64,000 nucleotides of DNA from the IMG/VR virus record IMGVR_UViG_3300049845_000008, positions 1 to 64,000 of that record. One strand, 5' to 3'. Below, in pieces: positions 16,751 to 26,285 of this stretch. A model generated the notes under the pieces. That model searched no databases, had not been told where the DNA came from, and saw nothing but the letters and a program-made list of their open reading frames with translations. Made by a program: the position numbers and the translations under genes. This stretch comes from a virus. Within the stretch, counting starts at the first letter, position 1, and each line of letters starts with the position of its first letter.

Positions 16751-17992
16751 TTACTTGGCTAGCTGCTTGCTGATTGCTGATACATAACGATCCATACTTG
16801 GGGTTACTTCCTTGGTTTCAGTCTCTACGAGAGCCTGTGGTGCTTCACTGACCTTTTTACCCGATGGGAAGTAATTCTCGCGAATCACTGCGAGCTTCTG
16901 CGAATACTCACCCTCTGTGGTGAACTCTACGCCCTCTGCGAGCGACTTAATCTTTTCGACCTGAACTTCAGTCAGACCTTCGCAAATCTTGCGTAGGACT
17001 TCCTGAGACTTAGACTCTGCCAATGCCTTGACGAGCTTCGTGTTCTGTTCAGCCTGTTCCTTTAGCATTTCCTGAGAGCTAGCAACCTGTGCTGCAAGTT
17101 CTTCTAGGAGGTCTGCCTTCTCTTCTGGAACTTCAATGTAGTGTTCCGTGAAGAGATTCTTGAGTCCTGCCATGAAGTCTTCGGCAATTTCTGCGCGTAG
17201 ACCAGACTCGACTGCAAGCTTGTTGTCTTCCATCCACTGCTCGACCACGTAGTTGAGGTATTCGTCAACCTGCGAGGTCATCTGCTCTTCAAGCTCAGAC
17301 ACGGTGGATTCCATGATTGCTTCGTTCTCAGCCGAAACCTTCTCGACAATCGCTTCGACGCGGCTGCGGACAGCGGCTTCGAAAATCGTCGTTGCTTTGG
17401 TCTTGAACTCTTCCGACAGATTCTCGCCGCTGAATAGAGCGTCGATATCCTGTGCGCAAGAACCCATGTTCTCGGAAACCAGAGCCTTGAGTGCTTCGGT
17501 ACGAGCGGCTTGAACTTCTTCTTCGGTCAACTCAGGAGCTACTTCTTCCTTCACTTCCTTCTTGTCTTCCTCATCTTCGTCCTCGTCCTTCTCATCTTCA
17601 TCGTCATCACACTTCTCGCCCTTGGCTTCGGTGACAACTTCTTCGGATGATTCCTCTTCCTCGGACAGTGCTGCAAGTTCTGCTAGCTCTTCTTCGGATA
17701 GGGTGTCGAGGTATGCGTCGATTTCTTCTTCGGTCAGTTCAGGAAGATCTTCCTCAGAAGACTCTTCTTCCTTAACAGCCTTAGCGGATAGCGGCTGCCC
17801 TTCCTTTGGAGTGACAGCTTCCTTAGCCTTAGCGGAAACCTTTGGTCCGGTTGCCTCTGGCTCAGTTGTAGGGGTTTGTCCACCGAGGTCTTCGGCTCCT
17901 GCGCCGGGACCGGCTTCCAACGGATCCTTCTTGGCAGAGCCAAGGGACGTTGCGAGGATTTCGGCAGCAGATTCAGATAGGGACTTGCTCAT
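16751..17992 (-). CDS. gp22: Prohead core scaffold protein
   Basis: Acidic; LSEEFKTKATTIFEAAV, YLNYVVEQWMEDN, MDRYVSAI. Confidence 0.95.
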   Translation of the reverse strand: MSKSLSESAAEILATSLGSAKKDPLEAGPGAGAEDLGGQTPTTEPEATGPKVSAKAKEAVTPKEGQPLSAKAVKEEESSEEDLPELTEEEIDAYLDTLSEEELAELAALSEEEESSEEVVTEAKGEKCDDDEDEKDEDEDEEDKKEVKEEVAPELTEEEVQAARTEALKALVSENMGSCAQDIDALFSGENLSEEFKTKATTIFEAAVRSRVEAIVEKVSAENEAIMESTVSELEEQMTSQVDEYLNYVVEQWMEDNKLAVESGLRAEIAEDFMAGLKNLFTEHYIEVPEEKADLLEELAAQVASSQEMLKEQAEQNTKLVKALAESKSQEVLRKICEGLTEVQVEKIKSLAEGVEFTTEGEYSQKLAVIRENYFPSGKKVSEAPQALVETETKEVTPSMDRYVSAISKQLAK

Positions 17993-18017
17993 GTTCTAAC
18001 TCCTGTTAGGGTACGTT

Positions 18018-18024
18018 TATTTAG
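18018..18024 (-). promoter_or_regulatory. Late promoter (CTAAATA) for gp22-gp23
   Basis: Recurrent motif followed by an AGGAG RBS. Confidence 0.78.
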
Positions 18025-18029
18025 TAAAC

Positions 18030-18674
18030 TTAAAGTTTTGACAAGAAATTCTCAAAGATTCTCAAGGAGATATCTTCGATCTGTCTAGACTTTGCGTTGC
18101 GGATTTCATCATACATTTGGACAACATCGACCTCACGGACGATTCCATTGTCCCAAACCCATTCCTTACCTTCCATGATGCCTTGTACAAAGGCTCCGGG
18201 TGCGGATGGGTCAGCCACGATATCTGCTGCTGTAGCGAGATAGTAGTCATCTTGAACCATGTTCACGCCATTGACTTCCTTGAGGGAACCCATGCCGCGT
18301 GAAGACACGCCTAGGCTTGCGCCGCCGTCCAGAAGCCCCTTTGCGGTCTTGCCGTATGGGGTTTCAAGGATTTTAGCCTTGCCGTAGAATGTGGATCCTT
18401 CCTGACGTAGATTGACGATCAGGTGGGAAACACGGTCTAGATTGATGGATGGAGAGTCAGGATGCCCCAACTCACCGAATGCTCTGTTCTTAGTGATATA
18501 CTCTTCATTGTAGCGGCGAACTTCCCGCTCAAGAATGGACTTGGAATAGACACGCCCGTTGCGGTTCTTCTGCTCGCCCACTAGGAACGGACCAGTGATG
18601 AAAAGGCTCTTGACACCGTTCTTTTCTTCGGTGAGTACCTTCACATCCTGTAGTGTTTCTGTGATAAGTTTCAT
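18030..18674 (-). CDS. gp21: Prohead protease
   Basis: MKLITE, NRNGRVY, GELGHP, GVSSRGMGSL, DIVADPSAPGAFV. Confidence 0.98.
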   Translation of the reverse strand: MKLITETLQDVKVLTEEKNGVKSLFITGPFLVGEQKNRNGRVYSKSILEREVRRYNEEYITKNRAFGELGHPDSPSINLDRVSHLIVNLRQEGSTFYGKAKILETPYGKTAKGLLDGGASLGVSSRGMGSLKEVNGVNMVQDDYYLATAADIVADPSAPGAFVQGIMEGKEWVWDNGIVREVDVVQMYDEIRNAKSRQIEDISLRIFENFLSKL

Positions 18675-18679
18675 TAGAC

Positions 18680-19006
18680 TTAAACTCCTAGTGACTGTCT
18701 CTTGCGCATGGAACGCTTGCGCTTCATCATGCTTCTTGCCATCTTTGCCTTACGCTTGACCTTGCCCTTTCGTGCTGCTTGCTTACGCTTCATTCTCTCG
18801 GAAGAGGACATGCGAACAAGCTTGCCGCCGCGCATCGTGTAGCCGGGGCGAGTCGAGACTTTCTTCTTTCTCTGAATCTTGCCACCGCGCACACGCGCCT
18901 TGACGATCTTGAAATTGGCTTCGTCCAGACTCGTCGCGACTGCTACCTTGTAGGCTTGCAGCTTCGCTTCGGCAATCTGGTCGAGGTACACAAACAGGTT
19001 ATCCAT
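18680..19006 (-). CDS. gp68: Prohead core protein, highly basic (gp68-like)
   Basis: K/R-rich C-terminus after LDE; position before gp21. Confidence 0.75.
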   Translation of the reverse strand: MDNLFVYLDQIAEAKLQAYKVAVATSLDEANFKIVKARVRGGKIQRKKKVSTRPGYTMRGGKLVRMSSSERMKRKQAARKGKVKRKAKMARSMMKRKRSMRKRQSLGV

Positions 19007-19241
19007 TTGGATACCCCGGCTGTCCTACAATCGGTGCGCCCATGTCCGAGTTTCCTGCGGATCCACCATAAGGAATGGTGAACACCAAATTGTATTTATC
19101 ATTAGTGTAAAGTGCAACATGCTTTCCATCAGGGAAAATACGAATGCCGCGCCGACGCAGAACGAGCATAGGCGCAGGAATGGATTCATCCCTGAGTGCC
19201 TTATCCTCATTCAACTTGGAACGTAGTTCGCGGAACTTCAT
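18999..19241 (-). CDS. Small head-associated protein with capsid-targeting-like N-terminus
   Basis: Probable start MKFRELRSKLNE at 19241, immediately after the gp67-like stop; LVLRRRGIRIFPDG...VALY. Confidence 0.65.
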   Translation of the reverse strand: MKFRELRSKLNEDKALRDESIPAPMLVLRRRGIRIFPDGKHVALYTNDKYNLVFTIPYGGSAGNSDMGAPIVGQPGYPNG

Positions 19242-19242
19242 G

Positions 19243-20163
19243 TTACTTGAATCTCTTGATGCGTTGCAGTGCTTGATTGAATTCGTTTGGATTGGCTTCA
19301 AGCGACTGTCCGAGCGGAACGCCAGACTGCGAAAGCGACTGCACAGCCTGTGCCTTCTGTGCGCCTAGCTTGCGCATGAGCATGTAGCCGGGAGCCTTTG
19401 GATTCTTGGCTGCGAGCTTGGAGAAGTCACGATGCCCTGCGGCTGCTTGCGTAGGGTTGATACCCTTGATTCGAAGCGTCTGCATCGCACGGCGAATGTT
19501 CGTCATGACATTACGGTTGAGTGTAGCATTCGAAGGAGCAACGGCACTCTTCGAACCGCCCGACAGAACTTCGTCTAGCTGCGTGTCTTCGTTGACTCCT
19601 GCTGCTGCCATGAACTTCGCACGATCAAATCGTGGGTTCTGCTGCTTGAACAGGGATGCATGGTGATTAGCCATTTCCTTGCGCTTTTCAGGATGTTCGA
19701 TGCTCTTGATCAGGTCTGCGGTCTGCTGAAAGTGCTTGCGAGTAGGACCGCCTTCTTCAAGGGTTTCTTCCTTGACAGCTTTTCTCTTGACAGCACTGCG
19801 AGCGTCCTTGACGAACTTTGCGCCACGGTCAACATACTCCGCGCCTACACCACCGGGAACGCCACCCATGTTCTTGAAATACTTGCGTGCAGCCCCTTTG
19901 AGTTCCTGACGATGCACGGAAACCTTATGTCCTAGTCCACCCTCATAGTCTTTGCCGATTGCGGAAACGTGACGAGTCCACCGACGCTGCGCGTCCATGC
20001 CCTGCCCTTCCTGTAGATCGTCCATGATGGTCGAAGCGAGTTCTACCTTGCGGACTTCCAGATGATCAGCCAAACGGTCTTGAATCATGGATTCAAAAGC
20101 GGAATTTGCTGCATCCTTGTTGTCTGCTGCAAGAGCGTTGATCAGGTGATTTGCTGTGGTCAT
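19243..20163 (-). CDS. gp67: gp67-like prohead core protein with long C-terminal extension
   Basis: N-terminal approximately 50 aa (AFESMIQDRLADHLEVRKVELASTI) is gp67-like; ATGA overlap with gp20. Confidence 0.7.
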   Translation of the reverse strand: MTTANHLINALAADNKDAANSAFESMIQDRLADHLEVRKVELASTIMDDLQEGQGMDAQRRWTRHVSAIGKDYEGGLGHKVSVHRQELKGAARKYFKNMGGVPGGVGAEYVDRGAKFVKDARSAVKRKAVKEETLEEGGPTRKHFQQTADLIKSIEHPEKRKEMANHHASLFKQQNPRFDRAKFMAAAGVNEDTQLDEVLSGGSKSAVAPSNATLNRNVMTNIRRAMQTLRIKGINPTQAAAGHRDFSKLAAKNPKAPGYMLMRKLGAQKAQAVQSLSQSGVPLGQSLEANPNEFNQALQRIKRFK

Positions 20164-21773
20164 TGTGGAACTCCGGAAGGTATGCCTGTATTTATGTTTG
20201 TTGGACTTCCTGCCTGTGGATTAGAACCCGCAAGAACCTGCTGCTTCGCCATTTCTGCCTGTGCCATGGCTGCGTAGATTTCCTGCTCTTCGGCAATCTC
20301 TTCATCCATCGTTTCGATTTCTTCTTCGGAAAGATGTAGAACGTTCTTCTTGATCCACTTCATCGAATAGTAAGTTCCGACATAAGGAACCAATCCGTTC
20401 AGAAGTGTGACGCGAGAGGTTAGTAGTTCTGCGTCCTTTAGCTCAGAGAAGTTGTTGTCTTCAAGGTAGTCATAGTAGACGAATTCCTTGATCTGATCCC
20501 ATTCTTCGTAGGATGCGATGCCCTTGAGCGCAAGCTGACGCTTCATCAGTTCATCGAACAGGGTAGAGAACTTAGCACGAATACGCTCAACGAACTTGTT
20601 GAACTTCAACTCGTCGCGAGTAATCTCGTTGCTTCTGCCGATGGAGAATCCCTGCTGTGGTTCTAGGCGACCGACTGGCACGCCGAGCGAACGATAGAGA
20701 ACCTGTTGGAAATACTTTACGTCGTCCAACTGTCCAAGTGTCTGTCCACCTTGCAGCGTAGTGATTTCGGTAGACTTACCTTCACCACGGCGAGGAATCC
20801 AGAAGTCTTCGATCATGGAAGTGAACTTACGGTCATCCTTGACTTCGCCAGTGTTCGCATCATAGACGATCTTGTTACGGAACTTCGTCATGATATCGTT
20901 CATGTACTGGTCAGCCTTCATCTTAGGCAGATTACCAACGTCGATGTAGAACACACGGCGTTCTGGTGCGCGGGACAGGCGATAGATTACCACCGCGTCT
21001 TCGATCATTCTAAGTTGATTTAGAGGCTTGATAGCCTTGTGCAGATAGGACAGAACCATGTTGCGTGATACGTCCATCAACCCGGAGTTGATGTTCACCA
21101 CTGCGTCTTCTGCGATCTTCATGGATGCATCGACCGGCGACGACATGACCATGTTGCCACTCGTCATCGACTTGTCGTTGTACACATAGAAGTCTGCGTA
21201 GCCAGAAACAAACTCTACGCCTGTGCGCGGATCCTTGTTCTTGATGACCGTGCGAACCTTGCGGATCTTGCGCGGGTCGAGATAGACAAGTCCTATGATT
21301 CCGTTCTTTGGATTGGTTTCATCTATCTGTACCTGATAGAACAGGCGACCATCGACATACCAACGGCGGAAGATATCGTGTCCATTGTTGTCGAAGTCCA
21401 ACATGCGTAACAGAGACTTGAACTCTTCGCGCAGCATGTTCTTGATGGATTCGGATTGCTTGAGTTCATCAAGCACAATCTCAACAGACATACCCTTTTC
21501 GTCGTGGACGATTGCTTCGTTGACGATTTCATCGATGGCTGCTTCCACTTCGGGTTGCATAGCCATGGTGCGATAACGAGAGATTAGCTCGTTCTCGTTC
21601 TTGAATGCGGACTCTAGATTGAGGTAGGTGCCATAGTAGCCACCGAGAGCGCCTGCGTTGATGACGTATGCGCCATCATCTGTCTGTGGCGGTGCGATAG
21701 CGGGTGCTTGGGCAACTACGGTGTCGTTTTCCGCTGCCCGAGTGATCTGCCAACCGAATAGGTTAATAGCCAT
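20160..21773 (-). CDS. gp20: Portal vertex protein
   Basis: YLHKAIKPLNQLRMIEDAVVIYRLSRAPERRVFYIDVGNLPK. Confidence 0.99.
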   Translation of the reverse strand: MAINLFGWQITRAAENDTVVAQAPAIAPPQTDDGAYVINAGALGGYYGTYLNLESAFKNENELISRYRTMAMQPEVEAAIDEIVNEAIVHDEKGMSVEIVLDELKQSESIKNMLREEFKSLLRMLDFDNNGHDIFRRWYVDGRLFYQVQIDETNPKNGIIGLVYLDPRKIRKVRTVIKNKDPRTGVEFVSGYADFYVYNDKSMTSGNMVMSSPVDASMKIAEDAVVNINSGLMDVSRNMVLSYLHKAIKPLNQLRMIEDAVVIYRLSRAPERRVFYIDVGNLPKMKADQYMNDIMTKFRNKIVYDANTGEVKDDRKFTSMIEDFWIPRRGEGKSTEITTLQGGQTLGQLDDVKYFQQVLYRSLGVPVGRLEPQQGFSIGRSNEITRDELKFNKFVERIRAKFSTLFDELMKRQLALKGIASYEEWDQIKEFVYYDYLEDNNFSELKDAELLTSRVTLLNGLVPYVGTYYSMKWIKKNVLHLSEEEIETMDEEIAEEQEIYAAMAQAEMAKQQVLAGSNPQAGSPTNINTGIPSGVPQ

Positions 21774-21795
21774 GCGTTACTCCATATCAAAGGAA

Positions 21796-21825
21796 GGGTG
21801 CGTTGACCTTGGGATCAACGCACCC
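21796..21825 (-). terminator. Hairpin after the tail tube gene (weak terminator or stabilising stem)
   Basis: GGGTGCGTTGA/TCAACGCACCC 11-bp stem; imperfect U tail TTCCTTT. Confidence 0.65.
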
Positions 21826-21833
21826 ATTTCAAG

Positions 21834-22421
21834 TTAAGCCGACTTCTGAGGAACAGCCGAGCGAGTGTCGTCACTCTCCCAATACTGGTACGAAAGGGTT
21901 ACTGAGAACTCTTCGACCGCATCGTTGCTGCCCCAATCAAGATCGATTGCTGCGAGGTCATTAGGGAACATACCAACGAAGCGATACTTCTTGATAGGCG
22001 TTCCACCAGCCTTCGAATACTGGTACACTTCTGCATCGACAGCGTAGGACGTTCCCGGCGTGAGTGGCGAAGTGCTGACTGCACCCGGCTCACGGAGGTT
22101 GGTCTTGTTGCCGTTGATACCACGGTGCCAACGTTCAAATGCGTTGCGGATCGTGAAGTCTTCGTCGTTGATGACTGTGACTGACCAATCAGCGAAGGTA
22201 CGGTTGCCTGCGACCTTGACTTCGCGACCGAAGTAAGGCACGGTGACTGCGCCCAAAGTCGAGCCGGGAAGCTGCGCGGTCTTCACGAAGAATCGTGAGA
22301 GTGCCGATGCTTGGCTTCCAAGCTGAACGAACGTTGGGAACTGCAACACAACTTCGAAGAGGTTGGGACGCGCACCATCGAACTGCATGGCTGTTCTGAA
22401 ATTGTCTACGTTAAATGACAT
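21834..22421 (-). CDS. gp19: Tail tube protein
   Basis: GARPNLFEV, PYFGREVKVAGNRTFADW, IDLDW, EEFSVT. Confidence 0.97.
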   Translation of the reverse strand: MSFNVDNFRTAMQFDGARPNLFEVVLQFPTFVQLGSQASALSRFFVKTAQLPGSTLGAVTVPYFGREVKVAGNRTFADWSVTVINDEDFTIRNAFERWHRGINGNKTNLREPGAVSTSPLTPGTSYAVDAEVYQYSKAGGTPIKKYRFVGMFPNDLAAIDLDWGSNDAVEEFSVTLSYQYWESDDTRSAVPQKSA

Positions 22422-22449
22422 TTGTTTCTACTCCTGTGAGCCTGTTAGC

Positions 22450-22456
22450 TATTTAT
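22450..22456 (-). promoter_or_regulatory. Late promoter (ATAAATA) for gp19
   Basis: Recurrent TAAATA motif. Confidence 0.72.
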
Positions 22457-24171
22457 CAGAACTTGCCGACGACTTCTTCAAAGGCGACACCCGTGCGGAC
22501 TGCGACGAAGTTCAACTGGATAAAGTTGATCGACTTAGCAGGCTTGACGTAGATATCACCAATGAACTCGTTACGGTCAATGACTTCTGCGGTGTTGTTG
22601 GTTTCGTCGCAGACTACGCGATAGTCGTAGATACCACGGCGACCCTGAACGGTACGCAGGAATGGCTCAACCAAGTTCACGAACTGTGCGCGAGTGAATT
22701 CATCGTTGAACTCAAACAGCGAGGAACGTGCGGCTTTCGCAATGCTCTTCTCAAGAACGATGAACAGACGGCGAACGTTGATTCGGTCGAATGCGCTTGG
22801 GCGTCCGAGAAGCGTCTTGTCACCATAGAGAAGTGTGCCTTCACCGGGATTCGAAATGACAGGGTTAATGCCATTCTTGTATAGCTCGTCGCGGTTAGCC
22901 TTGTTAGGGCTGTAGGCTAGCTTGATGACGTTCTTGATCTGTCCGCGAGTCAGACCCGCAGGCGAGAACCAAGGGTCACGATCCGTGTCGGTGCGTGCGC
23001 ATAGACCGGCGATATCGCCGTTCAGTGGAATCCAACGGTACGTATCGTTGTACTTGTCGTACATGTACTTCCAACCAGAGTCCATGACTACGTAGGAAGA
23101 CGAGAGGTTCGACAGTGCATTGTTACGGTAGTTGATGACAGCCGTGGTTGCGTCCGAAGCCTGTACGTTTGCGAGTGCAGGCGAGAGGAACAACACTGCG
23201 TCCTTACGGTTCTCAACGGTCGAAGCAGCCGACAGTGCCACAGTCTGTGAGTGTCCTGCACCCATGACTAGGGAAACGTCGATCTTCTCAGCGTTACCGA
23301 TCAGGTCATAGCCGCGAATAACGTCACCATCGGTGAGGGTGATATCCGAGCCATTCGTGAACGTGTAATCATTCTGAGTGTTGTCGTTCTTCGTGGTCTG
23401 GTAGGAAGAGGTTGCGTTAGCGACCGTGTTCCAGTTATCGACAACCGTTCCGGATGCCTGTAGAGGCAGACCGGTGATGAGGATGTACTTCGACTTACGG
23501 AAGATTACGTCCTTCCAGTAGATCGATTCGCCCTGCTCGTTCTTGGCATTCGTAGCCTTGGAGAGATTTGCGAACTTCTCAAGTACCGTGTTAGCAACAC
23601 CCGTGATGGAGCCGTCTTCGTCCACAACGACAAGGTGCAATTCGTCGTTAGCCGTTGCGTTGCCGAAGGAGCTAGACACAAAGTAGGAAGTGCCGGGTGC
23701 CTTATCGAACAGGCTACCGTATGCCCAAGTTCCGAGCGAAGTGTTCGCTAGAAGACTGAGCTTGAGGGTGTTGCCCTTACCACCGGGATAGCGTGCGATT
23801 GCTACCGAGTTGGTAATCGTGTTGAGGGATGAATTAGCTTCATACGCTTCTTCGTTAGGGCAGTACACAGCCGTCATGACACCCGTGTTGGCGTATGCGT
23901 TACGCGAACCGGTGTTTGCTGTACGGACAACGCGGAGGTCGCCTGCGTAAGCAAGGAAGCTTGCTGCGGTGAAGAAGGTCGGTGCGGAGTTGGTCGATGG
24001 CTTACCAAACGTCGAGGCTAGCTCGTTTTCATTGGTAATTTGGCGAACGGACTCAACCGGACCCCAATCGAACGGACCCGCGACGGCTCCCGAAGAAGTC
24101 GATACGGCAGGGATTACCGTAGTTAGATCAATTTCGGAAGTGTTGATGCCGGGAGATACTTGAAATGTCAT
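22456..24171 (-). CDS. gp18: Tail sheath protein
   Basis: FQVSPG..TSEIDLT, PWFSPAG, FDRINVRRLF, KPAKSINFIQLNFVA. Confidence 0.98.
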   Translation of the reverse strand: MTFQVSPGINTSEIDLTTVIPAVSTSSGAVAGPFDWGPVESVRQITNENELASTFGKPSTNSAPTFFTAASFLAYAGDLRVVRTANTGSRNAYANTGVMTAVYCPNEEAYEANSSLNTITNSVAIARYPGGKGNTLKLSLLANTSLGTWAYGSLFDKAPGTSYFVSSSFGNATANDELHLVVVDEDGSITGVANTVLEKFANLSKATNAKNEQGESIYWKDVIFRKSKYILITGLPLQASGTVVDNWNTVANATSSYQTTKNDNTQNDYTFTNGSDITLTDGDVIRGYDLIGNAEKIDVSLVMGAGHSQTVALSAASTVENRKDAVLFLSPALANVQASDATTAVINYRNNALSNLSSSYVVMDSGWKYMYDKYNDTYRWIPLNGDIAGLCARTDTDRDPWFSPAGLTRGQIKNVIKLAYSPNKANRDELYKNGINPVISNPGEGTLLYGDKTLLGRPSAFDRINVRRLFIVLEKSIAKAARSSLFEFNDEFTRAQFVNLVEPFLRTVQGRRGIYDYRVVCDETNNTAEVIDRNEFIGDIYVKPAKSINFIQLNFVAVRTGVAFEEVVGKF

Positions 24172-24211
24172 GAGGGTCTACTCCTGATAAGAGGAATTCG
24201 GAATTGCTGAT

Positions 24212-24218
24212 TATTTAG
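24212..24218 (-). promoter_or_regulatory. Late promoter (CTAAATA) for gp18
   Basis: Recurrent motif. Confidence 0.75.
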
Positions 24219-24223
24219 GTTTT

Positions 24224-25858
24224 CTAGTGGTTCACTATTTCCCATACACTACCCTCTTCGACGTATCTGGAATCGGCTGAATCCTGTCCGTCGTTGTATA
24301 GGGGTGATGGGAGCATTTGGTTGTCGATCTGTGCCATCTGTTCTCGGTAGAGCTTTTCCTTGATATTGGTGTTGCAAAGGTCCGAAAAGAACGGTTGGTT
24401 GGTCATCCAAGAAAACAGAACTAGGCACATTACGAGGTCATCGTTTGACCCCTCATCCGCTTCGTAACTGTTGCGCTTATTTATGAAAGTTGAGAGTTCC
24501 GAAATGATGTTGAAGTCTTGGAACGTCAACTGGTAGGACTCAATCAGGGACTTCATGAGGGAACAGCCGAGCCGCTTGACGCTCTTTGTGGTAATGATAC
24601 CACGGGCTGCACCGGTTCCACCCATTGCCCAAGACAGGACGACCTTGTTCTTGGATACCTGAGTGGAGAGGATGTTCTCATACTCGTAGTCATCGAACAG
24701 GGAGTCCACCACCTGTTGCCCGTTGTCGTTGATTTCGACCAGAGCATAGGCTTCGTTATACCACTTAGCCATCTTAGCGATAATGGAAGGGTACAGGATA
24801 GGACTAATATCGTTGTCCTTGTAGGTACAGACGACCCTATATGGAATCTCGGTTACATCGATAATCACGAATGCGGAATAGTCAAGCCCCTTTCCACGCG
24901 AAGTATCCGCGACGAGTACGTATTTCCGCCCCTTCTGAGGCTTCTCGTAGAAGCACAGCCCGACGATTCCTTCGAAGGTTTCAGGCTTGACAAACGCAAG
25001 AGTCTTCAAGACTCTTCCTGAAATTAGAGTTCCGGACGAGCCGTGGAACTCGCACTCCATTTCCTGCATGTATTTTTCGTCACCGAGGGCTTTCCGCTGC
25101 CGCTCTGCCCATTCTGCCGTGCGCCCCGGAACCGAACGCCAGTTGGCATCGATGGTCTTGAAGCCGTTGCGCCCTTCGATAGCGTCGATCCACATCTTGT
25201 AGTAGTGATTCATGCCGTTTGGCGTGGAGGATATGAGGATCTTGGCTGTCTCACCCGAGGTGATGGTTGGATAGACCGAGGTGAAGAACTCTTCGGCAAT
25301 GTTGTTTGGGACGAACGCGAATTCGTCCAGATACAGGAAGTTGATAGACCAACCACGGATGGCTGACGATGCGGTAGAGTCTGCAAGGACGCGGGACATG
25401 TTCTCTAGCTCAATGTCACCCTTGTTCCAGACGCGAACGCCTTGCTGAATCCAGTGAGGAAGCTCTTCATAGGCTACCTTGATACGGTTGAGGATTTCGC
25501 GAGCGGTCTTAGCTTTGTTGGCTAGAATAGCAACCGTCTTGGCTTCATGGAACAGGACGTACCAGAGAATGATACCCACGGTCAGCGTTGTCTTACCGAT
25601 CTGGCGACCGGCTTTGATGATGACCTGACGATTGTTGACGATGACCGGAACCGCATCTTTCTGGTATGGATACAGGTCGATGTTCACCAAACCCTTGTCC
25701 AGAGTGATGATCTTGACGTAGCGATTGATGAAGTATTCGGCGTCGGTGGCGCAGCGAACGTATTCGTTCACCTGATCCTGCGTCATCTTTTGTTGGACCC
25801 CTACCCTCTTTAGCTTTTTGTTGCCGAGGTAGGGGCGAAAGTCAATGATATCAACCAT
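24224..25858 (-). CDS. gp17: Terminase large subunit
   Basis: GRQIGKTT, YLDEFAF, SSTPNG, DTSRG.GLDYS, NDDLVM. Confidence 0.98.
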   Translation of the reverse strand: MVDIIDFRPYLGNKKLKRVGVQQKMTQDQVNEYVRCATDAEYFINRYVKIITLDKGLVNIDLYPYQKDAVPVIVNNRQVIIKAGRQIGKTTLTVGIILWYVLFHEAKTVAILANKAKTAREILNRIKVAYEELPHWIQQGVRVWNKGDIELENMSRVLADSTASSAIRGWSINFLYLDEFAFVPNNIAEEFFTSVYPTITSGETAKILISSTPNGMNHYYKMWIDAIEGRNGFKTIDANWRSVPGRTAEWAERQRKALGDEKYMQEMECEFHGSSGTLISGRVLKTLAFVKPETFEGIVGLCFYEKPQKGRKYVLVADTSRGKGLDYSAFVIIDVTEIPYRVVCTYKDNDISPILYPSIIAKMAKWYNEAYALVEINDNGQQVVDSLFDDYEYENILSTQVSKNKVVLSWAMGGTGAARGIITTKSVKRLGCSLMKSLIESYQLTFQDFNIISELSTFINKRNSYEADEGSNDDLVMCLVLFSWMTNQPFFSDLCNTNIKEKLYREQMAQIDNQMLPSPLYNDGQDSADSRYVEEGSVWEIVNH

Positions 25859-26285
25859 TCTTGATCTGCTTCAACAGGTCTGCGGTGGAGCCGGTGAATA
25901 CAGCCTTGTCAATGTTTACGGTCTGCTGAGTGGGCGCAGGACCGCCTTCTCTGCCGTCGAGCGCCTTCTTCTTTTCGTGCAAGATCATGAGCTTGTCTGC
26001 CATGTCGGACAGATTCTTGAGTAGCCCCGATGCGACTTCATACGCACGCGGATGCTGCGATTCCTTAGCCACCTTGAGGAGTTCTGGCAGTGCGTCCTGT
26101 CCTTGCTCTAGAAGGTCGCGATGAAGATTGCGAGTGTACTCATAGTCATATTCCACATCACGATTAGTGTCTGGAACCGGGTCCGACGCAACCACCACGG
26201 GATGCTCTTCCACCGGGACGACTTCATTCACAACCTCCGGAACGATTTCCAGAATGGTGTTGAGATTCTGTTCTACTTCACTCAT
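25851..26285 (-). CDS. gp16: Terminase small subunit
   Basis: DYEYTR.., ESQHPRAYEV, VFTGSTADL. Confidence 0.93.
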   Translation of the reverse strand: MSEVEQNLNTILEIVPEVVNEVVPVEEHPVVVASDPVPDTNRDVEYDYEYTRNLHRDLLEQGQDALPELLKVAKESQHPRAYEVASGLLKNLSDMADKLMILHEKKKALDGREGGPAPTQQTVNIDKAVFTGSTADLLKQIKNG

